Shown: positions 11,335 to 23,994 of the stretch, in pieces
Layout: every line of letters begins with the position of its first letter
Position numbering within the stretch: the stretch's first letter is position 1
From: Protoeuglena noctilucae
Taxonomy: Eukaryota
Length of the DNA stretch: 64,000 nucleotides
Assembly (NCBI GenBank): GCA_958009085.1
Contig: OY253676.1
Location: forward strand, 806,001-870,000
Direction of reading: 5' to 3'
Position numbers and translations under genes: made by a program
The notes under the pieces: model-generated
Databases searched by the model: none
What the model was told of the DNA's origin: nothing
What the model saw: only the letters and a program-made list of their open reading frames with translations

Positions 11335-14300
11335 ATGAGCCGCGTGCGCGCCCAGCGGCCGGGAACGTGGCCCACCGCGTCCGCGGCGGCGTGGTCAGCA
11401 CCGCATGCCTTGGCAAGCTGGTCTCTTCGCGGGGCGGCCACCGGACGATGCTTCTGCTCCGCCGAACTTGCGCATTCCTTGTATATGTGGCTTCTTTCGG
11501 TCCTCTCCGCCGAGACGTGGGCGGGAGAGGGAGTTGTGCTGCCGGCCCGCACATCTGAGCGTGCGCCTGCGCCCTCCCGCGCAGCGCGTCGATCGCGGAG
11601 GGTCAGGCCACGGCCTCCGTGGCTCCAGCAACCGTGTCGCAGACTGCGGACGCGTGGGGGAACGTGTGCGGGGAGGCCGGGCTAGGCGGGGTCGGCCCCG
11701 GCCTGCACAAGAAGGGGGAGCAAGCGCCTGCGCCCGCGGACATGTGGGACGTCATTGACCCGGTCCCGGCCGGCACGGCGATCGTCCCCTCGTTTGCGAC
11801 CACGAGCTTCACAGGCAAGGGGCGCTAACTGCCATGCTGCGCCGATATCGGACGCCGAGCGCTGCGATTGCGACGCTATTCGTTTCGGTGAAACCGCGCG
11901 GCGGGTGACCGGCTTGCAACTCCTAACCCGCCCCGCAGCTCTGGCGGCCGGGATTGTCGTGATTTGGTTGCGGTCTTACGGGGGCCACTGCGGCCCCGAT
12001 GTGGGCCGCGGGGAGAGGGCGGCGTGCGTGACGTTCAGTATTTGCGCGACGGCATGCGCCGCGATCGCCGTCGCGTCTTGGTTCGTGCTCCTGCTGTGCC
12101 GGCGCGCGACCTTTGAGCGGCTCGCCATGCCGGCCTGCATGCTCATGTGGGTCCTCGTGTCTGCGTCTTCCGTCGCCGCCATCTTCGATCCCGACGGCCT
12201 CGGCCTCCTCCCGACGCACGTCTGGCGCGGCGAGCAGCCCGCCGGCCCCGGTCCCGTCATTGCAGCCTACCTGGGTGAGCGCCATGCTGCACGCACACCA
12301 AGCACAGGCTTACCCCTTACCCGCGCTCACACATGCACACGTACACGCTAACGCTCGTAATTCAACATTACTGCGTTGGATGGCTCTGCAAGAACGCGAA
12401 TGTGACGTGGCTGCATGCTGACAGCTCGCGCTCAACTATACCCTACCGCCGTCCTCACTCCAACCCACTTCTCCCGTACCCTCTTGGCCCAGTTAAGCCC
12501 CACCCCCACCCCACATATCACCACCCTCACCTCACCCACCCACCCGCCACCCACCCCTCACCCTCTCACCCACCCCCCCAGGCAACGAGTTTGTCACGGC
12601 CATGGTCCAAGTCCTGACCCTCCTCGTCTGCGTGCGCGACCGCCCCCGCGCCCGCCACCGCGCCCTCGCCGCCGTCGCCCTATCCCTCGCCACCCGCGTG
12701 GCTGCCTCGTCCGCCTCGCTCTTTGCCCCTGGCGTGCGCCGCGCCATGCCGCCCTCCGCGTCCCCCGGCTGGGCCGTTTTAGGTTTCCTCGCCTGCTTCG
12801 GCCTCGCGGCGTCGATCGCGGTGCTCTGGACCTCCTTCATGCACCCCACCTGGGTGGGGCTGGACGTCCCGGTGGGGACGCTCGAGCGCCGCGTGCACGC
12901 ACCCATCGTCCCCCGGCCCCTGCGACTCCTCGGCCTGAGGGGCACCAAGCTCATCGTCGGGATCGCCCTCGCCGCGTGCTTCGTGCTGCTGGGAGCGCTC
13001 CAGGTCTCCAACACCCCCGTGCCGCCCGTGGTGGGGCTGGCGTGCATCGTGGCCGTCACGGCGGCCATGCGGGTCAGCATATCCGTGCATCTGCGTTTGG
13101 TGAAACTGCTCCTATCGAACGTGCTGTCCGGGGAGGGCATCTACGCCACCCTGACCGGGCTGACGACGGACATGCGCGAGGGGCGGCCCAACCCGGTGTT
13201 GCCCGGGAGGGAGTGGGCGGGGGAGGACTCGCATCGGTGGGGGGCGTCTTTGGACATAGCGACGCGAGATGGTGCCGTGATGCTCCACCAGCATGTAGAG
13301 GACGTGCTGCAGCGGAGCCGGGCGTGGATGCCCCCCGCGGTGCTGCTGCCGCTCAAGCCGGCGTGTACGGTGCTGGAGATGGAGGTGCTGGAGTTCCGAG
13401 CCATGACGGGGGGCAGCCACCCGCAGGAGGTCATGCAGGTGAGGGATGGGTGGGGGTGGGGGTAGCAGTGGGGGTGGCGGTGAGGGTGGGGGTGAGGGTA
13501 GCAAGGGGGGAGGGGGTGAGGGCGCGGGCGCTTTGTAACCACTCACTCATACAACCACGCTCTCCCCTCCCCCTTCCTCAGATGATCCAGGGCCTGGTGA
13601 TGCGCATGAACTGGGTGCTGGCGCCCTTTGGTCTGTTCAAGTACCACTTCAGCGGCCACCGGTGCACCTTCGTGGCCAACTACTACCAGGATGACCCCAA
13701 CCACGCCTTCAACGCGCTCATGGCGGGGCTCACTATCGTGCAGGCGAGCGATGGGGGTTACTTGATAGCATAGATAGTATCGATGCATGGGTTGGTGGGG
13801 CTCACCGTCGTGCAGGCGAGCAGAGGGATTGGTGGTGATTTTCCGACTAACCTAGCACCTCACCTACCGACCCACCCCCACCCCCACCCACGCACCCACC
13901 CCACCCCTCTCATCCCCACCTCCCTCCCCCCCAGATCGCCCGCACCCTCGGCCGCCCCGCCCGCATCTCCAAGGCCAACTTCAGCCGCTTCTCCCAGCTC
14001 CGCGCCGTCTCCGCGGGCCCCGCGCCCCGGTGGATGTCGCGCCGTCACTCTTCCCTAGACGGTCAGAAGTCGGGGGCGGTGAGGAAGGACGGCACGACCA
14101 CGCTCGCCCGCATCAGCACCCTCGTGCAGCAGGCGGAGGGGCTGCCCGTGCGGGTGGGGTTGCACAGGTGAGGGGCGGTGTGTAGTTGTGATGGTCCATG
14201 TCAGCACGGTTGTGTAGCAGTGAGGGGCTGCCTACAAAGACAACCAACTCCTCCCCTCCCTCTCATCTCCCCGCAGCGGCCCGGTGGCGGCGGGCATGGT

Positions 14301-14795
14301 GGGCAAGCTGCGGACTAATTTGAGTTTGATCGGCCCCACCATGAACACGGCCGCGGCCGTCAACCGCAGCCTGCCGGTGGGGTACGTGGGGATGTCCGCC
14401 GAGACGCTCAAGCTGCTGCCCACGGCCGTGCGGAACGTGAGTCGCTGCGGGCAGAGCACGATATCATGGCAGCGGCGCAACACGATCGCGATGGCAGCAG
14501 CGGCGCGACACCATGACAGCGCACTGTCAGATGGCGTTTACTTGTCGTGGACTGAATAGAGCGATCATCATCATACCTCTCACCTCTCACCTCTCCCCAC
14601 CCCCCGCAGTACCTGGAGAGCAACGTGATGCCGCTCCCCATCGCGCGCACCGACACCCCCGGCAGCTACTACATGGTGGACGCCACCAACCCACAAGTCT
14701 TGCACGCCCTCGGTTACTACTCGGCGCATTTCCAGACGCGCACCCCGCAAGCGCGGCACACGCGGCACGGGGAGGGGGCAGTGGCGCCCGCATGA
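11335..14795 (+). CDS. Multi-pass membrane protein with a C-terminal class III adenylyl/guanylyl cyclase-like domain, probably catalytically degenerate; start uncertain (alternative ATG at 11742)
   Basis: Several TM segments, then LLLSNVL (signalling helix), CTVLEMEV, HPQEVMQ, FKYHFSGH, VRVGLHSGPVAAGMVG and SLIGPTMNTAAAV. Splice phases are consistent through the stop at 14793-14795. Confidence 0.8.
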
Positions 14796-16249
14796 CGGCC
14801 GGCTGGGTGACGATGGGGTGGTGGCAGAGAGGGTGTGCACTTACATGCATCAGCCACTGCACTGCGATGGCGGTGGTGTGCAAATGCCGGGGCTGTGTGG
14901 CAGGCACTGGGGTGACGGTGTGCACACTCCGAGGCAGTGTGCGGCAGCTGCGGCGGTGCGGGGCAGTGGCTGCCCCCTCACATGTTATGCTCAGACTCGA
15001 TCCTGTGCACCCTGTCTCGTGACCCTCACCTCCCGTGGCCCTCTCGCCCCCCTCCCGCGTGTGCCGTCACCATAACGTGCTCCTGTGTCGTGTTCCTCTC
15101 TGTCGTCTGTCCTTTTTCGTGCTCCCCTTTTGCGCAGAGCGTGCCATGCGTCGCCCTTGTTCCTCCCATGCCCACGCTTTACCCCTGCCTGCCATGCATG
15201 CCCTCTGACCCCCCGACCCACCCTGTGTATGCTTGGCCCCGCCACAAGCCCCAACACCTGACCCCCTGTACCCGCCCCTATACAACCCCCTGTACCCGCC
15301 CCCACCCCCCTATCTCGTGACCGGCCCTCTCACCCCCGTCCTCTGGACCACAGCCGGTGTCTCGATGATAGGACCGATACTATCGGTCCCATGTGTCTTG
15401 ATATCTATCCATGACAGACATACCATGGAGATGACAGACGCAGAGACTCGCGTCGCGTTTGCACGTGGCTGGGATAGCCACTGCATCATGTGACTGTTGA
15501 GGCTCGTCACAGCAGGCCGCGCGCCACGCCCGCCCTCGCAACGGTGCGGGCGCCATTGCGGCGCGCGCCGGCCTGCCAGACCCAGCGCGCTGACTCGCCG
15601 CTCACTCGCCCCCGACTGACTGGCCACTGACTCAGTGCCAGTGGCCCTGTATGGTTACGGCGCCCTCGGGCGGCCGGCCGTATGAGACGTGTTTGCCTCG
15701 TTAACGTTTCCGTCCCGGGGCTTGCGACTGGCGCTGGCGCTCCCCTTTCATAGATAGCTCGTAGCACATAGCACCTTTCTGCGTTCCCACACACTGTGTC
15801 TTTTCCCTTGCTGCGCATAACTAGGCGAAGCGGCTCTGTAACGGCCATGGGAGGGCATACGTACTCACCGGATCCTTAGCTCAGCTCGCGCGGCCACGCG
15901 CTAGCGGCTGCGGAGCGTTGTTCCCCGCAATCGTGGAGATGGCCTGGCCGACTCGTCTCCCTTTCTAAGCTTCTAAGTGCGGTTGGCTCTGTCGGCAATG
16001 TACCAGAGACGCAGACGAGCTGCTGCAGGTGCAGCGAAGTCACGGACTAAGGAAGCAAGGTCGTTCATTCGTCTTCACATGCGCTCAGCAGGAATTCAAC
16101 CCTGAGCGTGGTGCCAGTGGCTGTCGGGGCGAGAATTTGAAATCCTTTCAGCGACAGTAGCTGCGGGGCTGATAGTGCACACCGGAGATAGAAAGGTCGC
16201 TGATATTGACGGCGGCGCGAGTCGCGAATGCGCCTTCGCGCGGGTCGCC

Positions 16250-19200
16250 ATGGCGAGCGAAGGCCACGATGACTTGTACGCCTCGGGGAGCATCGACGAG
16301 GCCGGCTCCGGTGAGGTTGCGTGATGCTCGACGTCACGCAGCCACCGCCGGTCCGCTGCGCTCCGTCCGACGCAGCGCCGGGGAATCAGCGCGCTCCACG
16401 CAGCGAGGATGTGTGCAGGCGCGCGCGGTGTCGGTGCTCGCAGGCGTGGAGCTTTCGGGCCTGACGAGTGATGAGGACCTCCCGAGCGTGGGAAGGGACC
16501 GCGGCGGGCGGGTCGTGCACCGCCACCTCGACCCAGACGACTCGATGTTGGCTTCGGACGCCCTCGGCCTCCCCGACGCCCCGCGCGTGCCGTCCGCGCC
16601 CTCCGCGGAGAATTCCGAAAGCGCGAGAGTCCCTCGCGCGGTCCCCAGCGCGTCCCCGGAGGCCCCCGCGGGTCCCCGCGCGGGACCTGCACCTGGCGCC
16701 AGCCCGCCTTCCAAGCGCTCGCTTCTCTTTGAGACGCTCCCGAGGCAATCAGACGCGGTCGCATCGTCGCCCGAGTCAAGCTTTGGGTGCGCAGCGGGCG
16801 ACAGGCGGCCCAGATGCGCGACGCCGGCCCGTACACTTTGCCCACACTTTTGACGGTTGTTGCGGTGCCCTAACCACCGCACGCGACGTCCGCTGCGCTC
16901 TGTGAGCCGGCCCTGCGCTATGTGACTGCAGGGGAGGTGCGAGCCGCGTGGGTCCGATCCCCAGCATCGACCTGCTGACCGACTCTGAGGCAGAGGAGAG
17001 GGCCAAGCAGCGATACCTGGACAAGGTGTGAGATTGGATATGAATGGAGGGTGATGTACATGAAGTGATGGGGATGGGGGATGGCGACTCTACCGCCTAT
17101 GTTCACCTGTACACCCCATAGCCACGCCCACACCCGCACCTGCACCCGCACCCGCACTCTCGTGTAGTGGTTGCCACTGACTCAGCCTTGTGACTGACTC
17201 AGGCCATCCGAGCCGCCCCCGCAGGTGCAGGGCGCCAAAAACCAGGCCCAGCAATCCCTGCAGCACCTCCACGCCGCTTCTGGCAGCGTCGGCGCCAGTG
17301 CCGGCGCCAGTGGCGATTGGGACCCAGTGGCTGTCGCCAGAAACGCCCTGCAGGCGGCGGTGGGGGCGGCGGCGGCGCAGGCGGCGCGAGCGGAGGAGAC
17401 GCGCGGGGGTGGGGGTGGCCCCGAGGGTTTCTCCCCAGCCGGACATGAGTCAGGGTCAGGGGGGCATGACTCAGGGGCGGGGTCGAGGGACGCGGGGGCT
17501 GCGACCCGGGTGGCCCCCGGCTCGAATCCCGGAAACGAGCTTTTGCCGGGGTCGGCCGGGAGCCTCCGGCAGCGGCTGGGGGAGATGCGGGCGGCGAGAG
17601 AGAGTTACATGTCAGCGACGGGCAGTGCTGTGAGTGGGGCGGTGGGCGGGGATGTGGGTGGGGCGGTGGGGAGTGCTGGGGGTGTGGGCGGGTCAGATGA
17701 TAAGCCGGCAGCGCGTGGGACGATGGGGGAGAGTGCGGGCGGGGTGGTGGGTGGGAAGGCAGATGCGGGTGCGGGTGCAGGTGGTAGTGGCGGTGGGGGG
17801 TTGGCGGTGGGGGATGTGAGCTGGGGAACAGATGAGGAAGGGTCAGGTGCTGCGGTGTCATCAGATGTGGATCTGGATGATGAAATGGGGGGGAATGCTG
17901 AGGAGGGATTGCGAGGGTCTGTGGGTGTGGCGGGGAGTGCGCGCGGAGGTGGTGGGGTGGGTGACGAGAATGATGGAGGTGTGGGGAGCGATAGCAGCTA
18001 CAGTGATGATGATGATCATGAGGACAGTCGGGGTGACCGAGTTGGTGGGAATGATCACGCGCATGGTAGGGGTGATGGCGGGGCGAGCGACGATGCAAGT
18101 GATCGGGAGGGGGACAAGAGTCGAGGAGGGCAGCACGATCGAGAGACTGTCGGTGCCGGTGCGAGTGGTCCTGCGGATCGTGCTATGAGCGACACTGACT
18201 GTGGGGTTGCACGTGGTGGCAGCGGGAGGGACGGGGAGGGGAGCGGGGATGAGGGCGACAGCTCTGACGATGACAGCAGCGTCCGCCAGTCGCCATCTGC
18301 AAACATCGAGGGTGCAGGGGCCGGCAGGGCTGTGCGGGGAGGGGAGGTGAGTTGTTTGGGTGGGGTTGGCGAATCTGCATGGTGCGGGGTGTGCGTGTGA
18401 GGGTATGTGTTGCTGGCACGGTTGCTTACACGTAAGTGCTGGGATACCCACGTAGCGTTAGTTGCCACCGTAGCACGTATCGTATCGTGCTGTCCCCCTC
18501 ACATCCCTCTGTTTCCATCACCCCCGCAGTCGCCTTTGCTCGCCAAGGCCCGGCAGCTGAAGCAGCGACTGGACGGGGCGAGGCAGTCGCCGATTCGATC
18601 GTCAAACATCAGCGTGCACGATTCCAGTGGAGGACTTTTAAGTGGGGATGGGGGGAGGGGATGGGGGGCAGCTGGGGTGGGCAAGGGCGGGGTGGAGCGG
18701 GGTGCGGGGCGTGGCAGAGCGCGCGCCACCAATGCCGCCGCAACGGACGCCCGCACCCGTGCCCGCGCCGTCACTGGTGACACTAGTCAGTCCGACACCG
18801 CCGCCACTGGCACTGGCACTGGCACTGGCACTGGCACTGGCGCCCGCCGCGGCGCACGGGCCTCCCGGATCCCCACCGCAGCGACCCGCGGGGGTTCGAG
18901 CCCCGCGAGCGCCAACACCGACACCGCCACTGCGCGCACTATCACCCCCGCCACCCCCGCCCCCGCACCTGCATCGTCACCCCCCCGCCTTAGCCCCTCT
19001 CGTGCGGGTAATGCCCCCCGCTCAGCTCTGCAAGAGTCGCTGCTGGAAGTGATACACGAGCGATTGCGCAGCAGCACGCAAGACGCGGTGGAGTTGGAGC
19101 GGCTGAGGGGTGCGGTGGAGGAGATGCGGGGTCGGGTGCGTGTGGCGGAGGCGGCGTTGGGGGAGGAGCGGGGGAGGAGGGAGAGGGCGGAGGAGAGGTG

Positions 19201-19695
19201 CAAGAGGGTGGAAATGGCGATGGAGGCGATGGTGAGGGGTGGGGTGGTTGTTGGGGGTGGGGGTGGGGTGGTGGGGTGTGTTGTTGTTGAGGTGAGGGTA
19301 GCAGTGAGGGTGATTGCCGAAGCTTATGATTATAAACATTGAGCAAAGGTCGTGCTCCGACACGCCATCTGCTGCATGCTCTGATCTCACCACATTGCAC
19401 CACACCCACATCGCACCCCACCACACCGCCACACCCCACCCCCGCCCCTCCCAGCGCGTGTCGATGGAGAGTCAACTGCACGAGACGAGGCACGCGTTGC
19501 AATTGGAGCTGAGCCGCGCCCGTGCCAGAATCCAGGAATATGAGAAAAAGGATCCCAGGGCGCGCGTCAGGGAGGCGGGGGCGGGGCATCCCGAGGCACA
19601 AAGGGTCGTGCTGACCAAGGTGAGGATCGCTTGTTGTTTATACTATTATCATCATTTTTATTGTTTATTTTATATTTTAATTATTTTATTATTTT

Positions 19696-19752
<57 letters not shown>

Positions 19753-22530
19753 TATTATTATTATTATTAATTTTACAAAAAAATTAATAATAAATTTTTT
19801 TGTTACATAGAGAGAGGTGGGTGGATTTGATTGAGGTGGTATTTCTATTGCTATTACTATTACTATTACTATTACTGTTACTATTACTATTACTATTACT
19901 ATTTATAACTATTACTATTACTATTACTATTACTATTACTATTACTATTACTATTACTATTACTATTACTATTACTATTACTATTACTATTACTATTACT
20001 ATCACTATCACTATCACTATTACTATTACTATTACTATTACTATTACTATTACTATTACTATCACTATTACTATTACCAATCCCGCAGGAGGAGTTGGAT
20101 CAGTTAAGGCAGGACATCGCGGCTCAAGACACACTGGTGGCGGGCTTTCAACTGGAAAACGAGAAGGCGACGGCAAGGATTAAGGAGTTGGAGGGGCAGC
20201 TGAGGGCGATGGGGTTGACGGTGCCTGTGCCGCAGCAACAGAGGGCGGGGTTGGGTGTGGAGGGTGGCACTGGGGGTGCGGGTGTGGGTGCGGGTGCGGG
20301 TGGCAGTGGGGGTGTAAATGCAAGTGCAGGTGGCAGTGCGGGTGGTGGTGTGGCGGCGGGGGCTGGAGTGGGGCCTGCGGCGGTGTCCGTTTCGTCTCCG
20401 CTGCACGAAGTGGGGATGACGCCGGACCGGGGGCAGCGGCTGAGGGAGGTGCTGAGGATGCAGGTAAGTGGGTGGGTGGTTGGGGAGAGTTAGAGTGATT
20501 GTGAGTGAGTGAGTGTGAGGGAGGTGCTGAGGGATGCAGGTGGGTGGGTGGGTGGAGAGAGGGTGGTGGGTATAGCAGGGTGGGGGTGAGGGTGGGGGTG
20601 GTAGGGTCGGTGCAGAGGGGTCGGTGTGTCGCATTCCATCAACACTTGACCTTCCACAGCCATATCGCACATTCCACTGCTAACAGCACATTCTCAATCA
20701 TTGCAAAGCACGTCCCCCTGCTCCCAGTCCGAGTTGGAGTCGTTGCGTGAGGAGCTGCAGTCGGAGAGAGATGACCACAAAGCAGAGATGACGAAGATGA
20801 GAGAGGAAGTCAAGAAGTGGAGAAGGGCGGCGGAGGGGGCGGGGGAGGTGGGCAGGGAGGCGGCGGAGGTGAGGGGTGATGGGTGGGATAGATGGTTGAG
20901 GAAGTATGGGTGAGGGTGAGGGGTGATGGGCCATTGAGTGGTGCAGAGCTTGGCAGGGAATTTACAGCCACGCCTCTCACCCCACTTGCTCACCCCTCTC
21001 GTTCACTGTCACCCTTACCCCACTCACCCCACTCACACACTTATCTAATCTAACGCACCCCACTCCAATTCCCCCCCAGTCCCGCCGCATGCGCTCGGAG
21101 CTCGACCACCTCCCACACCATCCCATCTACTCACACCCACCTTACTCAACCCCTTTCATCAACTCACCCCCCATCCCACGCATCTACTCTCACCCCACCC
21201 CACTCACCCCACTCATCAACCCACCCACCCATCTCCCCCTCACCCCCACGCACACTCACACTCACTCCTCTCATCTAACCTAACCTACCCCACTCACCTC
21301 CCCATCCCCAGTCCCGCCGCCTGCGCTCTGAGCTCGACCACCTCCGCGCCTCCCACGCCGCCACCGTGCGCGAGTTGAGGGATCGCTTACAAGCATATTC
21401 CGACACCCAGGCAGCCAATCGCGACGCCGACGGGCTGATCAAAGAGCAGGCGGCTACCACTCGGAATTGGAGGCTAGGTTGCGGGGGGTTGGGGCCGGCG
21501 GGGGTCAGTCCGGCGGCACAGAGGGCGATTGTGGCATTGGAGGGGAGGGTGCGGGAGTTGGAGGGGGAGGTGGAGAGGGGTGAGGGGTGGGATGGGGGGG
21601 GCAGGTAGTGGTGGGGGGGTAGGGGGGGAGAGGGGTGAGGGGTGGTGGGGTGGCGTAGGGGGTGGGAGGTGGGGTGCAGAGTGCGGTGGGTGGGAGGGAG
21701 CTCGGTTGCGTTGGTGCCGGGAGGTGGAGCGCAATTAGCAAGACACAAATACGCTTCCCACTCACTCACCCCACCCCCCCCTCCCTCTTCACCCCACACA
21801 GCACGCGCGGGTCAGTCACTAAGGGCAAGCAATGGCGATGGCAGTAATGATGGNNNNNNNNNNNNNNNNNNNNNNNNNNNNNNNNNNNNNNNNNNNNNNN
21901 NNNNNNNNNNNNNNNNNNNNNNNNNNNNNNNNNNNNNNNNNNNNNNNNNNNNNNNNNNNNNNNNNNNNNNNNNNNNNNNNNNNNNNNNNNNNNNNNNNNN
22001 NNNNNNNNNNNNNNNNNNNNNNNNNNNNNNNNNNNNNNNNNNNNNNNNNNNNNGGGTGGGAGCTGCAGCTCGCATGACTACATGCATCATGCAACACAGG
22101 CCCAACATGAGCCTTTTCCCCACTTCCTGACTGCCACGCAGTTGATGCGTCAGAAGTGGGAGCTGCAGTTGGAGGCCAAGGATGCTCAGGTGCAGAGGTT
22201 CCGCAGGTGAGCATGGAATATGCGACATTGGATGCCAAAGCACGATATGTATGTGTGGTATCAGTAACTGTGGCCGTCACTGTCACTGTCACTGTCATCC
22301 ATACGGGTACCGGTATTGATACTCTGCGTCACGTCTGCATATCTATATCTATTTCTCTCGATCTCCGCAGAGAGCTCGACGAGATCCTTGCGGCCGCACG
22401 CGCCATGGCCGCACACCAGCAGCAGCAGCACCACCACCAGCCGCGACTGTCCGACGCGCCCGCATTGGCGGCGGGGCAAGACCCACCCGCGACTTTGGCA
22501 AAGCTCCTGCAGGCGCCCGCCGTCTTCTAA
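16250..22530 (+). CDS. CEP162: Centrosomal/basal-body coiled-coil protein, CEP162 (QN1)-like; multi-exon, interrupted by an assembly gap
   Basis: LRQDIAAQDTLVAGFQLENEK, LRDRLQAYSDTQ, IVALEGRVRELE and the C-terminal KDAQVQRFR|RELDEILA resemble conserved CEP162 blocks from memory. Long Gly/Asp/Ser low-complexity N-terminus. Confidence 0.7.
19697..20076. repeat. Intronic AT-rich microsatellites: (AAT)n, (ATT)n and (TACTAT)n
   Basis: Directly visible tandem repeats inside a CEP162 intron; they produce the spurious poly-IT/IV ORFs. Confidence 0.95.
21854..22053. other. Assembly gap (200 N)
   Basis: Run of N. Confidence 1.
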
Positions 22531-22713
22531 CACGCATGCTCACAAAAAAATAGAGATCATCGTAGGTCCACTCATTCAAGCGCGCAATCATCGCTGTGAA
22601 CTCTTAATCAGTCCAATCAGCCGCGGCTGCATCGCCGCGCCCTGCCTGGACGAATGCTGCGTGCTGCGCAGACAGAATCGCTCGCGCGCGCGTCCGCGCC
22701 TGTGCTATCACAC

Positions 22714-23433
22714 TCAGCGTCGGCGGGGGGACGATCTTGGGGAGCGAACTCGAACCCCTCTGCATGGTTTGGGCTGCGTGACCGGCAGCGGGAAAGGAGG
22801 CGCGGGGAAGTCCCGCCGCGCGCCGTTGAGCATTTTGTTCCATGCGTAGTCGAACTTGCCCATCCACTCCTCCTCGCGGGAATCCTCGTTCCCCGTCCCC
22901 CTCAAGACGTAGCGCACGCGAACGTAGATGTTGTAGCCCGCCAGCCGCGCCCCGTTCAGCATCACCATCTTTTCGCGCTCACCAGGGGTCTTGGACACGT
23001 ATCTCTTCAAGCGTCTCAGCACATCCTGCAAAAGACGCAGGCAGAGACGGGTTGTAGCGCGCGCAGCGTGCAAGGTGCTCCGGGCGCTGCACCGCCCGAA
23101 TGCCCTCGCCTCGGCTTTCCCGACGTACGCCACATTCCTCTCCAGCTGCTCTGCCCACGTGTCCCTCCTCGTCCCCGCGTCGCAGACGCTAATCTCGTAC
23201 ACTCCAGGCCGCCGCTTCACACCAAGCAGCTCCAGCGCCGCTGAGCGACCCTTCCGTGCGTCGTCCCATGCTCGGTCACTGGCGGAGATTAACAGAATCC
23301 ACTGCGTCGACGTGGACCAGAACTTTTTGTACTCGTACCATTAATGGGTTTCAGGGTCCTCGCGCAAAGGCTTTTCGGGCGGTTCGTCGCGGGAGAGGCC
23401 GAGGCGCCGCACGGGTCCAGTAGAGACGGGCAT
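22714..23433 (-). pseudogene. EFFECTOR OF TRANSCRIPTION (ET/HRT)-like GIY-YIG domain gene, copy 1; in-frame TAA at 23341-23343
   Basis: MPVSTG...REDPETH*WYEYKKFW...WILLI...WDD...PGVYEI...YVGKAE|DVLRRLKRY...FDYAWNKMLNGARR. GC-AG intron 23026-23109. Collinear with copy 2. Confidence 0.7.
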
Positions 23434-23994
23434 CACGGCTGTCCTGGACCTGATGGGCGCCGGGAGGAATCAGCGCATTGTCAGGAGGTGTGGGCGACTG
23501 TGTCGCCACGGTGGCCGGGACGAGACAGAGTGTGGCGGTGGCACGTGCTCGGGTCGGGCAAGCGAGTGGGCAAGGCGCGGGCCGGCGGCAAGGTTCCTCG
23601 GACCTTCCGGGTCCTTCCCTCGCGCGTTTACCTGGGCAAGGCCCGGCGAGCGCTCTGAAGCGCGAAGTAGCAATCACGGGATCAAATCACGGGGAGGGTA
23701 TGGCGCCGGAAGCGGTGCCGGGCACGACAATGACGGCTGCATGCTGCCAGATGGATCTGGCGGCGCAGACACTTTTTGGAGGTCTGCCGCACCCGGTCTG
23801 GCCAGCTCTCTCGTCAATGACTTCTCCGTGACAACCGTTTCAATCCTCAATCAGAAGCTCGCCGTGATCGGCGCGCATGAATCAACCGCGGCTGCATCCC
23901 CACGTCCTGCCCTGGAAGAATGGGTTAGGGTGGCGTGCTGCGCAGACAGAATCGCTCGCGCACGCGTCCGCGCCTGCTCTATCATCGCTCTCCC

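Noticed and set aside
15361..15500. snoRNA or other structured RNA at the inverted repeat
   Set aside because: No convincing C/D or H/ACA box arrangement; a 9-bp inverted repeat is expected occasionally by chance.
17199..19601. Long His/Pro-rich antisense ORFs (also at about 36300-39300 and 43473-44618)
   Set aside because: Shadows of G-rich low-complexity coding and intron sequence on the opposite strand; no recognisable domains.
19784..20183. Poly-IV / poly-IT / poly-L ORFs
   Set aside because: Translations of intronic microsatellites.
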